Part shown: piece after piece, positions 38,960 through 55,137 of the stretch | How the letters are laid out: the number at the start of each line of letters is the position of its first letter | Position numbering within the stretch: the first letter of the stretch is position 1 | Source: Eledone cirrhosa | Taxonomy: Eukaryota | NCBI GenBank assembly: GCA_964016885.1 | Contig: OZ024742.1 | Span: 76,446,001-76,510,000, forward strand | DNA length: 64,000 nt | Direction: 5' to 3' | The notes under the pieces: generated by a model | The model's input: only the letters and a program-made list of their open reading frames with translations | Database searches by the model: none | What the model was told of the DNA's origin: nothing | Position numbers and translations under genes: made by a program

Positions 38960-40577
38960 ATGAATCCACTTAAGAAATATGTGCTGTACAAAATCAATTT
39001 GTCTCCGTATCATATAATCAAATCATATAGTTTAGCTCAAAACCAGTCTATCCCCCGGCATTTTTTATTATCTCACAATATGTTCCATAGAATATTTTCC
39101 AATTGTCCCACATTTATGCATATATTTGATGATTCCAATTATTAGATTAAGACAGTCATTTCACACTTGCGATATCGTATTCAGTAGAATGTAAGGAGGT
39201 AGATATGAAATCTGACCGTATGTGCCTTGTTTTTCCTTCTTTCATTTAGGCTGATAATATGGTATCCAAGTTATTTCACTTTCTAAAACCTAACACAAAA
39301 GCAATAAAAGCTACTTGCAGTATATTAAATTAAGATCTATCGATGTAGTAATCCGCAAATTTACAGGTTTATGACATGGTGCGTTTGACATGGAAATAAC
39401 TCTGTTCACTTACATTTTCGTCTAAATTGTATAATAGTCACACAAAGAGACACATTAGTCGTGCTTCGATATGACATCCCTTTTTTAAATAAAGGAAATG
39501 TTGCAAAATGGTGAACCTGATACACAAAAAGATGGGATTCTCACGGCTGTCAGGATTTTTATTAATCTCTACAAGGAAGTATGATCTATTGTCCACACAC
39601 TACTGATTACTATATATCAGTAGTTTACAGGTGTATTTTCGTACCGCATGCTGTGATCTTTCTTGAAACAAATAGCTATGTAGGATTTCCCGTTCAGACA
39701 TCTTAAAAAATCTAATCAATTTTCCGAAATGAATATTTTACTTTTACTTTTATTAGGCTATATTACATTATAAATCGGGAAAAATTGAAAGATGAGAGCG
39801 TTTCCATTTCCGACGTTGAAACATGACAATTAAAAGTTACAATCACAGATTCAAGTAGTCAATAACATAAATCTATATATTATGTTGTTAAAATTTCATT
39901 ATAAATCCACAAATGTGGACTTAATTATGCAGATAAGATTGTTGTTCTAAATATATTCCACCATGTTCTAAATATATTCCACGAAAATAATTGTCTTTTT
40001 AAAATTTAAAGTATATACTAAAATCATGTTGCTTTTATAATGTGCTAAACATAGAATATAAACCATTTAAAATGTAAGGCATTTAATGACGAGGCAAACG
40101 TCAGCATTGTTTAATTACAAAGTATATGCTCCTTATAAATGATCCACCTAATGCACTATTTAATAAGGTAAACTTTTTCATGTTTTCATACTGAGTATCC
40201 TCAAATAAATTGCAAAAATTTGTTCTCATTGTCTCAGTTAGTGGTGCGATACTGATGTTCAAAGAAATATGCCGAGCAGCTGTATAAAGCAGCGAATCGA
40301 TCATTAGCTATCAGGACACATTCCAGTAATTTCGTTAATATATATTGCAAAAAAGTGATTTAACATTCAAAATCAACATATCACATTTCAAAAGGAGAAA
40401 TACATTTCACAGGCATTACATGCATACACATACACACACGTTCTCTCTCTCTCTCTCTCACACACACATACACACATATATAAGCGATGGCAATCTGAAT
40501 GGACGTGTTATTTTTATCTACAAACATTTTTGCGAATCCGCCCTGCCCACCCCATCAATCTTTCTAATTTCTCATTC

Positions 40578-40616
40578 TTTCTGGTGGTGAAGGACTACCG
40601 TCTGAAACGTTAAGAC
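40578..40616 (+). ncRNA. Degenerate hammerhead-like motif
   Basis: TCT-ggtggtgaa-GGAC-tacc-GTCT-GAA-ACGTT-A-AGA. The first core box is damaged. Confidence 0.4.
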
Positions 40617-40728
40617 CCTCGTCCTGGTATTTCAATCGTTATACTAATATATTCCTTCCATATACTGTACCGATTCTGTTGTTATTTCTCTTTAACTTTT
40701 ACACACACAAACACATACAAAAACACAG

Positions 40729-40778
<50 letters not shown>

Positions 40779-40925
40779 CCGACGAAATTTCAAAACTTTA
40801 TGCAACGTCGTCCGTTACGTATATTTCGCATGAAATTGGCGGCTCAAGGTCCGTTAGGATTCGATGAACCTGCTTCCAGTATCGATCTATTCATCAAATA
40901 TATACATATGTATATGTATGTATAT

Positions 40926-41005
<80 letters not shown>

Positions 41006-41580
41006 ACTTTTCATTGTTGGTCGAGTATAGGAGATTCGAGTTTCACTGTTTTATTTATTTTCACAAGTTTTCTGGATTTTGCTTTTATATTTTTTTTAAG
41101 TAGGCTACGTTATACACATTTAATAACTACTTGCAATTTAAATGGCTCAGGATTAGTTTATGTGGAACTAACGGTGATAGCAGAATTATCGGTTTGTTAG
41201 GTCGGATAGCGTTCTAGCCTTTAAGTACTCTCACCAGCGAGACATGCGAATGTTTCTAGTTGGACGACGTCATAGTCGGTGCATATAGGAATATCAATTG
41301 TTTAATGTTCATTCTGATACAGATACTCCGTGATATGATGGCTGCAGCTTAAAACCGTTTGACTCCATGATACTCAGCATTAAAGCGCGTTGTTGGCTGA
41401 GAAATATGGATGATGTCTGAGGTAGAGATTATGACTTGGTTCTAGAATAGTCATTGAGGTTGTAATTGGCTTTCTTTGATGAGTGTATTAGTTATGCGAT
41501 TGGTATTCGATGGTCTTATTCACTGATTGATTTGTTTACTGTTGATTTTGGTTTCGGAGTGTATTATTTACGTATAGTGA

Positions 41581-41720
41581 TGAAAGGCAGAGTAAACCTC
41601 GGTGAGTTCAAATCCCGCCGAGGTTTACTTTGCCTTTCATCCTTACGGGGTCGATAAAATAAAGTACCCATAATACACTGGGTAATTGCTGGCCTTGTGC
41701 CAAAAGTAGAAATAATTATG
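41581..41720 (+). mobile_element. tRNA-derived SINE, copy 4, 5'-truncated with inverted 5' piece
   Basis: TGAAAGGCAGAGTAAACCTCGG is the near reverse complement of CCGAGGTTTACTTTGCCTTTCA, with the B-box in the loop. Confidence 0.85.
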
Positions 41721-42712
41721 TACGTATAGGGACGGTCAATGATTACTTTGCTTTCGTGGTGGGTGTATCTACGTCCAGTTGTAAGTATTTGACGGTTCTA
41801 ATTGCTTATACACATATACAAATACAACAGGCATAAAGAAACCGAAATAAAATCATCTAGAATTCGTTATTTCATAAATTGTCCATGGACATTAGTAGGT
41901 AAAATTATAGTATTCCATAGCATATTCACACGCTATTATTTCGTAAACAGCAATAATTTGATTTTGTAATACATACTATAAGTCAGAAAATAATCAGAAT
42001 ATATAGTGATTACTTATATTGCTAATTATATATATACAGCTGTTTCAAATCATAAAGAACAAATGTACTAATTACCATAGTTGAAATAAACAAGATAATT
42101 AACAAATGAAAGACATGATTTTCAGCAGTAAATATATATATATATATGTGTGTGTGTGTCTGTGTGTGTATGTATGTATGTATGTATGTATGTATACATA
42201 TATATATATACATACAGACACAGACATGGTAAGGATTTGCGTATGCTTGTGTATGTACGTATCTGTTTGCGTGTATGTATTTATTTGCTTCTATTACTTC
42301 TGTATTGTATTTATTTACTTTGTTCTTAACTCTGTAGCGGAGATTCATTTGGGCTCCTAGTTAGAATTTTACTCTACGATTTCTGCTATACCATTTACAT
42401 GGTTTTGTCTTTGCGTGCTATTGTTCTCCACGGTCCACATATGACTTATTATCTTCGTTTTTTCGTTCATTGCCAAAGAACGTCTCTATGCACCACCTAA
42501 GAGAACATTAGTCTACGACCTCTTTTATACCACAAACGTGGTTTTGTCTTTGCGCATAATTGTTTTTTACCACTCCTATTAACGACGTATTATTCGTTTT
42601 TCCCATTCTTTGCCAGCGAACTTTACCACGAACCAAAGTACCGTCTTCCTGTCTTCCTCCGGTTGCAACGTTTTTTGAAATATCCAGTTCTGCGTTTACA
42701 GATGACTTTGTT

Positions 42713-42763
42713 AGTTTCAGAAGATCCCGTTAAGGGTGAAAGCAGCGATTCTTTGCTTAAACT
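42713..42763 (+). ncRNA. Degenerate hammerhead in a pLTR-like segment
   Basis: AGTTT-CAGAAGA-tccc-gtta-agggt-GA-AAGCA...TGCTT-A-AACT. The downstream 42770-42880 segment recurs at 47415-47515. Confidence 0.55.
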
Positions 42764-43040
42764 TTAATCTGTTATTTTAATAAATATTTGCTCTACGGTT
42801 CTTATATATTTGATATATATTTTCCTTATCGAGCCCTCTTTGGATTTTAGTCTTCAATTTTATTATTATTACTATATATATATATATATTTCGTTGACAA
42901 ATATATCAATATGCCCAGACATGCAGATATATTTCCCTTGGTATATTCCCCAGTATATATATTTATATTTATATATCATATACACATACAAACAAACTCA
43001 CGTACGCGCGCATATATATATATAAATATTTATATATATA

Positions 43041-43530
43041 TACTAGCATTAAAGCCCAGCATTGCTCGGGGTCAGTAAGTTACCAAAGTTAGGTTGCACC
43101 ACCCATTTTATGGTAGCACTTTTTTCTCTGCCAGGCACTGGGTGAATGAACTGCAGACCTAGACTGCGGAAGCAGGAGCTGCGCCAGCAGTGACAATTGT
43201 ACTTTCGCCTATGGATATTATCTCTGTGCAAAGAAGGGTTGAAATTTATTGTTTCACAGTACTTGCGCAACACGCGCGTAGACGATGCCAGCCGAACAAC
43301 AGAGCTGCGATGGAGTTGTTCTGCATGGTTGTCTAATGTGTGTTTTCTAAATTTAAGACAGTATGGAGGGCTGTGTATGGGGAAGAGTTAGCTATTGTTT
43401 CTAGCAGGTTTAGTGAACTCATAGAGGATATGTGTTTTCTAAATTTAAGACAGTAGGGAGTGGTGTGATATGGGGGAGAGTTAGCTGCTGTTTCTAGCAG
43501 GTTTAGTGACCTCATAGAGGATATTATTGT
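43041..43530. mobile_element. Non-autonomous Helitron/HINE-like fragment with a 95-bp tandem duplication
   Basis: TACTAGCATTAAAGCCCAGCATTGCTCGGG terminus and a duplicated unit at 43337-43522. Confidence 0.5.
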
Positions 43531-43531
43531 G

Positions 43532-43818
43532 TATCATTATCTATAAAAGGCAGATTGTTGTTGTGTCTGTGCACATGTTCAATGTTTATACATTTGCACA
43601 ATTTCAAACCGATTCGACTCAAAGTCCGTAAGAATCCACATTCGTTGAGAGGTTTTAAAAAAGATGTATCGCTTGTTGTTGAATACATTTATCTGTTGCT
43701 TTTGAAAAGTTGTCGTTTCGTATGAAATGTAATAATTTCTCTTTGTCATTGAAGTAAATAAATGTTTGACCGTTCCACACTCAAAAACAAACGTTCTCTC
43801 TCTCTCTCCCTCTCACTG

Positions 43819-43915
<97 letters not shown>

Positions 43916-44197
43916 GCGGTCCTAAAGGAAGTTTGTAGTTTTATCGAATTTGAAGGGGAGTAGAGAGAGGTAAGCAGATTCTATTAGAAGGGTAAAGCGT
44001 CATGTATTTAGTTTTATCGATTATTTCTATAATTGTGGGTGAGTTTGAATGAAGTAAATAGTCGTTGACCTAAGTTGGACCATTTACAACAGTCTTACAG
44101 TCGTAGAGTCGAATCAGTTTGAAATTGTGCAAATGTATAAACATGGAACATGTACACACACACAACAACAACCATCTGCCTTTTATAGATAATGATA
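43532..44197. mobile_element. MITE-like element with ~88-bp TIRs
   Basis: 43532-43620 and 44106-44197 are imperfect reverse complements. The interior is non-coding with (CT)n. Confidence 0.75.
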
Positions 44198-46345
44198 TAT
44201 ATAGAGAGAGAGAGTATGTGTGTGTGTGAGAGAGAGAGAGAGCGAGAGAGAGAGTGAGAGAGAGTGGGTGTATGAGAGAGAGGGAGTGTGTTTGAGAGAG
44301 ATTGATAAACTTAAATTCATATATATTCTTTTTCATGCACATAGTAGATTATTATATCCAGTTTATTTTCTCTGTAGAAATTGAGTACCATTACATTTGA
44401 CTACAACTGACTACTAAACACTGATTACTGTTATCGTAGGCAATAAAAGTTTGATGTGTTTAATTTCTTCATTCACTTCCTCTGAAATATATTTTGGAAA
44501 CGATAGGATATTCTTCATATTTTTCACAATTGTTACTTTGAATTTACAATTTTCGTCTCAATACTAAGCCCCGAATAGGACATATTGAACACTCAATATC
44601 TATGAATCTCCAGCATAGTATAATACAAATCAAATTGATCCGTAGTTTCAAATAATGGTTGCGAACCGCAGTTTCAAAGCATTAAATATTGTAATGTTGT
44701 TACGAGTTTACCTTTCTCGCGAACTCATTTTCAACGAGACAACTGCAAACATATAAATTTAGAAACTCCACCTGGTGTGTTTCATACATAAATTTAACTT
44801 CATCCGAAATTTCTCTCTATCCGTTATCACTGAAAATGGCTAGCAAATCGAATACCTAGTAATTAAGAAGAAATAAAACAAAACATCTTAAAAAGTAAAA
44901 CTAAACGATTTTTTTCTGAAATGGGGAGAAATAATCTGAAACTTTAAATTTCTCATATAGTGCAAGGTCATTTTTCTTTCGTTTCACTAACAATGTTTTT
45001 CTATTATTTGCATATCATCTCTACTATAATCTAGAATAGTAGAATAGTCTATCGTTTTCTTTTCAACTTTTATTTTCGAGGTAGATGTTATTTGATTACG
45101 GCACACGTGGAAAGTTTTAATCGTCTTTATATATTCTCATCGTAACCATAGCCAGGTAGATATGAATCGTGATTTCATGTATTCTTACTCAATGATTTGT
45201 TTTTCTTTTGTTTGGCTGGGTGTGCGCTCATGGTATTTGGAAACTAAAGCGATCATAACAAATTTGTGATATTAGTTCCAAGAGCTACTGAATGACAAAG
45301 CATATCTTCTGAATTAATATACACACTCTTACTGACAACGCCACAACCATTTTGCAAACTGACGTCATCTACCTGGTCGTTCATAGCACTAAAAATAACA
45401 GTCCTACTGACGGAAAACATGGCGGGAACAATGGAGAATTTAATCCTCCATATATTATTAAAAATATATTGTTCATATGGTTAATAGTTTTATGATTGTT
45501 TTCCTCGTTCGGATGCAACCGGTGGAAGATAAGAACACAACCGCTAGTGAAAACATATTTTTAGTTTACTATACTTATAGCTACCAATTTTTGTTTTACC
45601 AACGAAACAAACAAACAAACAAAAACCTCCGAGAACCATGGCTAGGAAAAGCAAATAAATGTCCCCCCAATCCAAATTAATCTTTTATTTTCTGGGTATC
45701 AAATGTCGTTGTTAAAAAGAAACAAACTAATATAACAGATCTTCTCCGGTGGGGTTTGCCCGAAGACAATAAACAATAAGCATATATTTAGAAGTTTCCG
45801 ATCTTCGACATACAAATGTTCAGTTTTTGAGATAGCGCTGTAGTAATATGTTAACAATTGAAACACTGACTCAAGTTGGCAGGCTAGTAATGTATCGACT
45901 AAATCACACACCAAATTCAATGATTTATGGACGAAATAACATATACAGAATTTTCCCAAAATATTTCTCCCTGGTCATTTATATTCACAGCACATCATTA
46001 TATTTTGTTTGATATTACCTATCAACCTTTTCAACCTGGGTTCAAGTTATAAGTCTATCAATTGTCAAAACACATTACGATAGGATAGATATTTTGAAAT
46101 ACAACTTTGGCGATATAACAAAAGGGGAAAAAAGTAGTAATTTTAATAACAGTTATTTTTGCTATTGATGTTCATATTTTCTTTCTCCTATAATGAAATG
46201 ACAACACAGATTTTTCTTGCAATTACTCTTGTTAATAGTTCGATGTATTTACTTTAAGACTGTATGTGTGATTGCGTGAGTATGAGTGTATATGAATTTG
46301 TCTCAAAAATAATCAAGATGACGTATGCCTGAAAAATATATATAC

Positions 46346-46422
<77 letters not shown>

Positions 46423-46464
46423 TGTGTATAGATGTATGTGGGCTTGTATATATATATACATATG

Positions 46465-46520
<56 letters not shown>

Positions 46521-46523
46521 TGT

Positions 46524-46562
<39 letters not shown>

Positions 46563-47509
46563 AGCCTGAAAACCTACTGATACGCCAACATCAACAATAA
46601 TCATGTTTTTATTCACGTTGACATTCAAATCAGATGTGCCAACTATGATAAAACCGAAATATGTATGACACATTAAATCATTAAATTTCCACAGCATCCA
46701 GAAGAAGGATATTTTTTGCTTAGATATTAATATTACAACGAATAATTACATGTAGCCTGGGGGTGAGCAAGTTTCTACGACTGAACAATAAAGCTCTGAC
46801 AAGAGAAACAGATACGCCTTATAGAATCTCCTATCAAATCATACTTTAAAGTAGATCCTGAAATTACCAAATTATTCGATGTCTAATCCCCTGATATTCT
46901 TCAGTCTATTAGATTGTACTACAAACATATAGCAATATGCGCTACAACTTTTGTATAAAACCGAAAGAAATTCCCAACATCAGTTAGATGCGAGTTATAA
47001 GGTGGCATAGCAAAGCCATCTCTCTTAACGTTAGATAATCAAGAAATTTTGAAACCGGCAAAGGTATACATTATTGAAAACATATCTTAAAGAGTTCAAT
47101 TGATATGTTACAAACGTTTTACATTTGACTATATATATATATGAAAGAGTCGGTATTCTTACACGCTGAAAATATATTCTTATCTCTTTGAATTTTAGTT
47201 TACCGTTTCTATAAATGAAAGATAGTTGTATCGAATTCTCTCTTAATGCGCGCGTACACGCCTGACAGGCTTGGCTCCACCGGTCAGACTGCCTTCTGCC
47301 TTCTTACTCCCTCCTCTTTGCTCTTCAAGCCTGTTCACACACACACATATATATATACACACACAAATATATATACACACAAATATATATACATATATTT
47401 ATTAAAATAACAGATCAAATATTTGCTCTAGGCTTCTTATATATTTGATATATATTTATCCTTATCGAGCCCGCTTTGGGTTTAGTCTTCAAATTTATTA
47501 TTATTACTA

Positions 47510-47582
<73 letters not shown>

Positions 47583-48699
47583 CATATGTGCATATACATA
47601 TGTATATAAACCCGAGCTTATATTAGAGGTCACTTGCACAAGTTACTGCAAAATGGTTTCTATATAGTAATCCCACCGTTTCATTTTTCTGAACCGTACA
47701 CATGTGAAGGAACATATTGTCAGATAAATAATAGAGGTATAGTAATGTTATTTCGATTATATGAAATTTCAATTTCAAGCAGGAATTTATTTAACGATAT
47801 TATTCGTCATATGTTGTATTATTTTCCTATTCGTCCATCAATTTCTCTTATGGCAGTTGGTTCTTCTCTGATAGGAAATTGGCATGTGATATTCTGCAGA
47901 TGCGATATTAAATGTTCGAATACTTTGCGCATATTGAATTATGGGTATCATAACCACAACCCCAAGACTATTCACTGACATACACTCGCAATTATACATA
48001 TAACAATAATTATGATATAGAAATTATTTTATCATATTATTGTTTTCGATAATTGAACTCGGCCTAAGTCTTTGCGCACCTTTATTAATATTTATTTTCA
48101 AATAATGCAGACACACAAGCAAATATGCAGATACACGCAATAGAGATATGCATATTCGGTGACTGGTGACAACTAATTTGAACAATAAAGTTCACATATT
48201 TAAACACCTGGAATCAATTGCGAATATACCATCATTTTTGTCCATCAATTTTATGAAATCTCAGAATATATACGCAGTTATTCTCGGGTCGGCAGCAATG
48301 CTCGGGTATACCCGCTTGATGTGTAAAATGACAAACGTCGACATGGGAATGTCTCAAACACGGATTATAAAATATACATCTAGATACCCATTTCTGTCCC
48401 CAGGTTCCGAACTCCTGTCAATGGTTAACTTGCGAAGGGTAAGTGATATTAAAATCAATGGAAAATTAATATATATACATTATTAAGGTAGCTAATAATC
48501 GATAGCAGTAATTAATAACATATATTAATTAAATACGGTACCAGTGTAAGAAGTCATAAAGGTTGAACAATATAAGGTATGAACATATACGAGATAATTA
48601 AATAAAATAGAATAAAGAATTCTTAATAAAAGTACCAATAACATACTTAAATATGTCATTAGTGAAATTTCTTGGTAACATTGAATTTAACGTGTAGAC

Positions 48700-49700
48700 T
48701 TACCGATCTGTTAAACTCAAAAGGGGTATACCATGAAAAGGAATTACCCCCAAACGGGGAGTAATGAGGGGAGATTTTACATAATGAAATATATACCCAT
48801 TTTCACAAGAGAACACGCCTCCCATCCACCCAAATGTGGCTGGGCAGATCTCCCCATCGGCCGGGGAGAATTGACAGTTCTGAAAATGATCTAAGCTATA
48901 TGCCCCATTAACATATACCAAATTCTGAAAACGAGAGAAAACAGAGAGGGGGGGGGGGTATGAATACTGTAACAAGAAATCACTTATGAATTATGCACTT
49001 AGGGATACAAAGAGAGACATATAAAATGCATTTAGAAACCCCATAACTTTTGCTGAAAAATCCTACTTCGAAATATGAGACTGGGAAATTATTGTGACAC
49101 AAGATAAAAATTGTCAAAACAGAAGCGACGAAAAGCATGCGATGAAGGAGAACGATTAAGTATTTGAAAAATCTATAGGAAGAAACACATCGATATATTT
49201 ACTCTCACAAGCCAGTCTCCACCAAGAATGGATCTACTGATGAATGAGATCAGAGGCTTTAGTGGATATTATGACAGCTTTATGAATAACCAATGAGAAA
49301 TGATCGTAGAAGCATACGTAAGAAGTTACATACTTTTATAAAATGGGAAACCAGCGATGCTTTGAGATCTGAAAATTCAAATAGCAGAAAAATTAAAAGA
49401 AATCAGCTGGATAATTTTGTTAAGGACCACGAGAAATGTAATGTCTTTCCAATCGAACTATTATTCAATATAGACAATTTGTAAGGAAAATGATTGAGGG
49501 GTTTGAAAATACAACAAATAATTTAAACAATAGATTTCGTGGGAATAATTTGAAAAATCTACAAATATATACTCAATTAATTCACAAGAACGTAGAAATA
49601 CACCCAACAGTATACAGAAAACATCAAATTGAGAATTACAGAAAAATACATAGAGCGTTGTCAATACGATAGAAAATGCAAAACAAAATCCAACCTGTCT
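48700..49700 (+). mobile_element. Highly degenerate DNA-transposon-like remnant (possibly MULE)
   Basis: GC-rich subterminal-like repeats at 48720-48890, then A-rich coding-like decay. Weak. Confidence 0.25.
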
Positions 49701-51214
49701 CGGTAACGTAATAAAAAATAAAGATATTTCTAAAAAATAATGAAATAGATTGTTATTGCAAACTTAAAAAAAAAAAAGAAATGAAATAAATTGCACAGTT
49801 TTTTATCTTTTTATTTGATATTTTATTCAGCATTATTACTACGGCGTTAAAGGGTATTTGTATTGACAGAAACGGCAGAGATTCAGAAGATACGTCAGGG
49901 CTTCTTTGTGGTATTAATTTTGGCATTATCATTTCTCTGTTCAAATCGTGACGAGGTCAAATTTCGAGATGGATAGAATAAACTGTTAGTACTGTACTGG
50001 ATCGGAAATGATACAATTTCCTGAGGCCTAAATTAGAAACAATAATATGGGCTGTAAAATGATAGAATCCCTAGAATATTGAACAAGATGATATTCAGTA
50101 TTAGTTGCGGATTATTAGCTTCCGTGTTTTAATCCATATGGAGGCAAATAGATCTTTCATCAGAACGGTGCTGATAAATTGATATCCTAAGGAAGTAGGT
50201 AGTTCAAATTAATTAGCGAAGCCATCCGCTAAATTTACGCCACTATCCCTGTGCTAGAAATTATGGATTGTAACTTTTGTTGCAGTAGTAATCCTAATAA
50301 CAATGTAATATTTTTCATCAAATGTGAACAAAGACTGAATGAATTAAAACATATACTCGCCCAAAATGTATTCCCTCTTGCTATAATCACCAAATGGCTA
50401 AACATATAGCTATAAAAGACGTCAAAAAACAAATCCAGGGAAAATATTTTGCCACATGTGTCAACCATCAGTCCCCAACATATTGACATGTTTGACGACC
50501 TCCGCAAAAAATTTCCTATTTTATATGAGGATGAAAAAACAACGAAAAAAATGAAGAAATACAAAAATCATGAAAAGTAAATGACAGGCCAAAACACAAA
50601 CGCAACAAAAAAACAACAAAACATATAAAAATCTGTTACAAAATGAAGAACTAATTGTGGTAACTGCTAATTAAAGGAGCATAATTCAAATTTAAATATG
50701 AACAAATATTCAGAATAAAATAAAATATCACCTGCAACTTAAAAAACCTAATCTGTCATTACGAGCAAAATTACGTAGGACAGGTGGAAATTTGATTACA
50801 CAGAATTATTATACACTATTAAGCAACCACGTTGTAACATGAGCCGGATTAGACATACCCAACTTCAAAATTTCCCCACTATACAAATGCTCGGACACAT
50901 TCACTCAACAACAGAGAACAAATAAAAAAAATCACTAAAGATTATAAAGCACAGTAGACAATAAATCATATGTAGATGGTAGCAACCAATTTACACAAAC
51001 TTGTAAAGAAATCTATATATTGGCAACCACACTCAACACATGATAAAAGGGAAAATATCTCCAAGGAAACCTCTACCAAAAACATTTTTGCGTATTGGTT
51101 CATTATGCCCATTTTCTTTCTTTCAAACTCACGAGAAACCAATTGTTTTAAAAATGTTACTCTCCCAAAAAGGAGTCCTTTTAATCATATATATACTTAT
51201 ACTTGTATGTTTAC

Positions 51215-52700
51215 ACCCAGGATGAAAGAAAGCGGAGTACTCCCGATCTCGCTAGGAAATGTCTTACGGAGACTTGGAGCCAAGATCATCTGCAAGTCTG
51301 TTGAACCTGGACTAAATTACGAACTCAGCACAGTGTAGCTGGGAATGGGTGGGCCAGCAGGTGCGAGGGTGTCATGAATGTCAATTATGACGCAGAGGGC
51401 TTCACGGTCTCCGTCTCAGACGTGTGATCATCACTCCATCAGCTGCAGTAAACTCATAAGGAAGACATCATTATGCTAAGTTTACCGATCCTACCACCTA
51501 TCATTCGCTCAACCCTCAAGTAGAGGCTACGCCAGCTGGAATTCCTAACGAGTAGACTGAACCTGATCGACGCCCATACCGATGTTCCAGTGTTCCCTGC
51601 TACAGCCAAGCATCTCTCCTCACATATCGCATTGTCTGCATCCAACAGATACCTGGGGAGAGATTCAACGTCCGCTTTGATGACAACGAATGTGAGTTGG
51701 CCTGCTTATATGTCAAATACGGTAGCCTCGGTCCCCGATCTCCGGTATCAGTGCCTCTGCCTTCTTTCCATTAATCGGTGACCTGTTGACATGTCCTCAT
51801 CAAAAGCGTTCTCCATAACTGAACCTTTTGCGATGGTGGAAGGTGAGACGGCATATGTGACATGGACCCAGCGTGGCCTCCGCCCGGCAAACATCTACCC
51901 TTCTCATCCACGTTGCAAGCATTCAGTCATGCAAAACAAATGGGACACCATCCTTTGCAGCATGACTTCAGATGAACTGGTGCATCGGCTCGACCACCAA
52001 CGTCTGGCATGTTTCACTCAGCTTCCCAACGCGAGAGTTCTACCTGTGTCAAAGCACTTCACTCAGGTGCGATTGGCACTCAGCTGGACAGCAACTGCTT
52101 GCGCATCCATGAGGCTCGTCCTCCGCGTCTCTAACATTCATGAATGCTGTTGTGGTACCATTGTGGAGCCTTTCAGTCCCCTCCCACTTTCATTCTATTA
52201 CAGAGCTGACCATGTTATGCGCTCACACCGAGATCATACAGCATGGCATGGACGGTGCGGGATTTCCTTCCCAGCCAGAAACAGTGGGGCTGGACTGATG
52301 GGAAGACGACAAAACGCCAGACAGCATAACAATCTTCCCGTTCCGTGGGCTTTGAAACCTCTTCCTAGATGCTACGTGCTGTAACAAATACACTAGTAAC
52401 AATTTATACTAGGACGAAGAGCACAAACTGTGCAAGTATCAACCGGTTTTTGATAGGTTTGTGGTATAGACTGTAGAGTTCTTGTACCCCTGACTACACC
52501 CTTGCTCACTGCTATCGTAGTGAAGTTGGCTACCCGCACGTTCGAGCCGCGCGAGCTGATGGGTCTGATCCTCGCCGTCCACCGGGGCAATATATTCTTC
52601 ATCCAGACGTCACTCATATACTCACAAACACACTCTTTATGTTCAAATTTCAAATCCATCTTAGCTTTTATTTCAATTGAGAAAATGTAATTCCACTTAA
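51215..52700 (+). pseudogene. Degenerate CRE-like non-LTR retrotransposon (RT + RLE)
   Basis: GVLPISLGNVLRRLGAKIIC (cf. RPIAVGEVLRRL), HECCCGTIVEP and LILAVHRGN (cf. SLAIQRGN). Confidence 0.72.
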
Positions 52701-52806
52701 TGAAACAATTAGAAATATGTTCATTCTACTGGATTAAAGAAAAACGTAATATTTAGATATACCCCATTTTTACGTTTTACGCAAACACTACCCCACCTCC
52801 CATATA

Positions 52807-53346
<540 letters not shown>

Positions 53347-54488
53347 TTTAATATTTTTTTAAGGCAATGCTTGTAATAACTCTAGTTAAACATGATATAT
53401 ATTAATAATAAATTATAGTTGTAATGTAATTAAATTATATAATTGTTATTTTATAAATGATCTTATAAATATTATTGTAAGATGTATAAAAATATTTTCA
53501 GACTTTTAATATAAACTACTACAAAAAAAAAATCAATATTAAATAAATATATTTTACATAATAATTATTATAGTTGAATTAATACAAATTAAATATTATA
53601 TACAAATAGTTTAACATAATAATAAAAAAATAATCTAACATAATAATAATAAAATAATCTAACATAAAACGAACAATAATATGGACATATATACAAGTAA
53701 ATATGATACAACCAATGTTCTAAGCATGTTATAACGAACTGAACAAAATAGTTAATATAAATTTTAAAAAATCATATGTAAATTAACAATATAACTTACC
53801 AAAACAAGAAAAATATGTTGATGCTGAAATGACAAAATACAGGAGAGGGATTCGAAAGCGAAACGATAAATAACCGTGCAAACCATCCCAACTTCAGAAT
53901 CTTTCCCCTCTACAATTTTAAAGATAATGCCACCCACACCCGGCGCATCAGCAATGAATCTCACTTTATTAACAAATACGGACCCCGTCTAAACACTTCT
54001 CCCTAAGACGAACCCACAACATACACACGGCAACATACATACCTACATCAGCATAAATCTCTATCCACATATAAACGCAATGACATACGTAAACACACAT
54101 GTTCTATGGTGCAACACAAATATACACAAATTTGCATACCTTTTGATGTCTATAGATGTAAACGTGCCAACACACGCACATACATATACGCACACATGCA
54201 TTGCACATGGATGGGCACATACATATTTGTACACAAGTATTCCAATACGACAAGGCCTAATGGATTCCCCTTGCAGTACGTACAATCTGGACGCTTACAC
54301 ACACCTTGGTATTATGCCAATACTATATATTATTTCACACCTTTTATTAAGAGTCATATACACACACACACAAACACTTCTCCGTATAAGACAAGAACTG
54401 AAAAATATCTGTTAACATGTTAAAAAATCCCCCACACACGTACAGACACAGTCCTACTGACCATGCCTCTAACACGAATTACTATGCT

Positions 54489-54519
<31 letters not shown>

Positions 54520-54627
54520 TCTTAATAGGCATTTGAACTGTCAACAGGCTGCGGTTCGCACACACATCCTTGCTGACCATTATCACAACAACGAACCTCT
54601 TTAGTACTACTACTACACACACACACA

Positions 54628-54672
<45 letters not shown>

Positions 54673-54903
54673 ATTGTCTTAAAAGACTTATTTTTCAATG
54701 ACTTCTCAATAAGCCGAGACAAACTTACATTTGTCGCAAAATCAATTTTTAACATTCACATGACCTCTACCGACAAATCGAAATTGTTTTGACCACAAGA
54801 ATTTTTTCATACATCTGGAGCCACTTTTTTTACATAAAACAGATAGAATTTCTAAAACTAATCAGGTTAGAGCAAACATCACGGGCGCTCTATCTCAAAA
54901 TTA

Positions 54904-54939
54904 TTTTTGAAAAGCATTAGAAATGCGCAACCGGTAAAA
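54904..54939 (+). ncRNA. Minimal hammerhead, U3-A8 variant, GAAA mutated to GCAA
   Basis: TTT-TTGAAAA-GCATT-aga-AATGC-GCA-ACCGGT-A-AAA. Confidence 0.55.
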
Positions 54940-55102
54940 CTTAAAACCAAAATTGAATACTAACCAATACTATTACTAATTTTTACTTATTCCTAATTAA
55001 ACTATTTTTCACTGGAAACAATTTGTCAGCATTTTCTTTTCCTTTTAGCAATATAGATATATATATATATATATATATATACATACACACATATATACAC
55101 AT

Positions 55103-55137
<35 letters not shown>

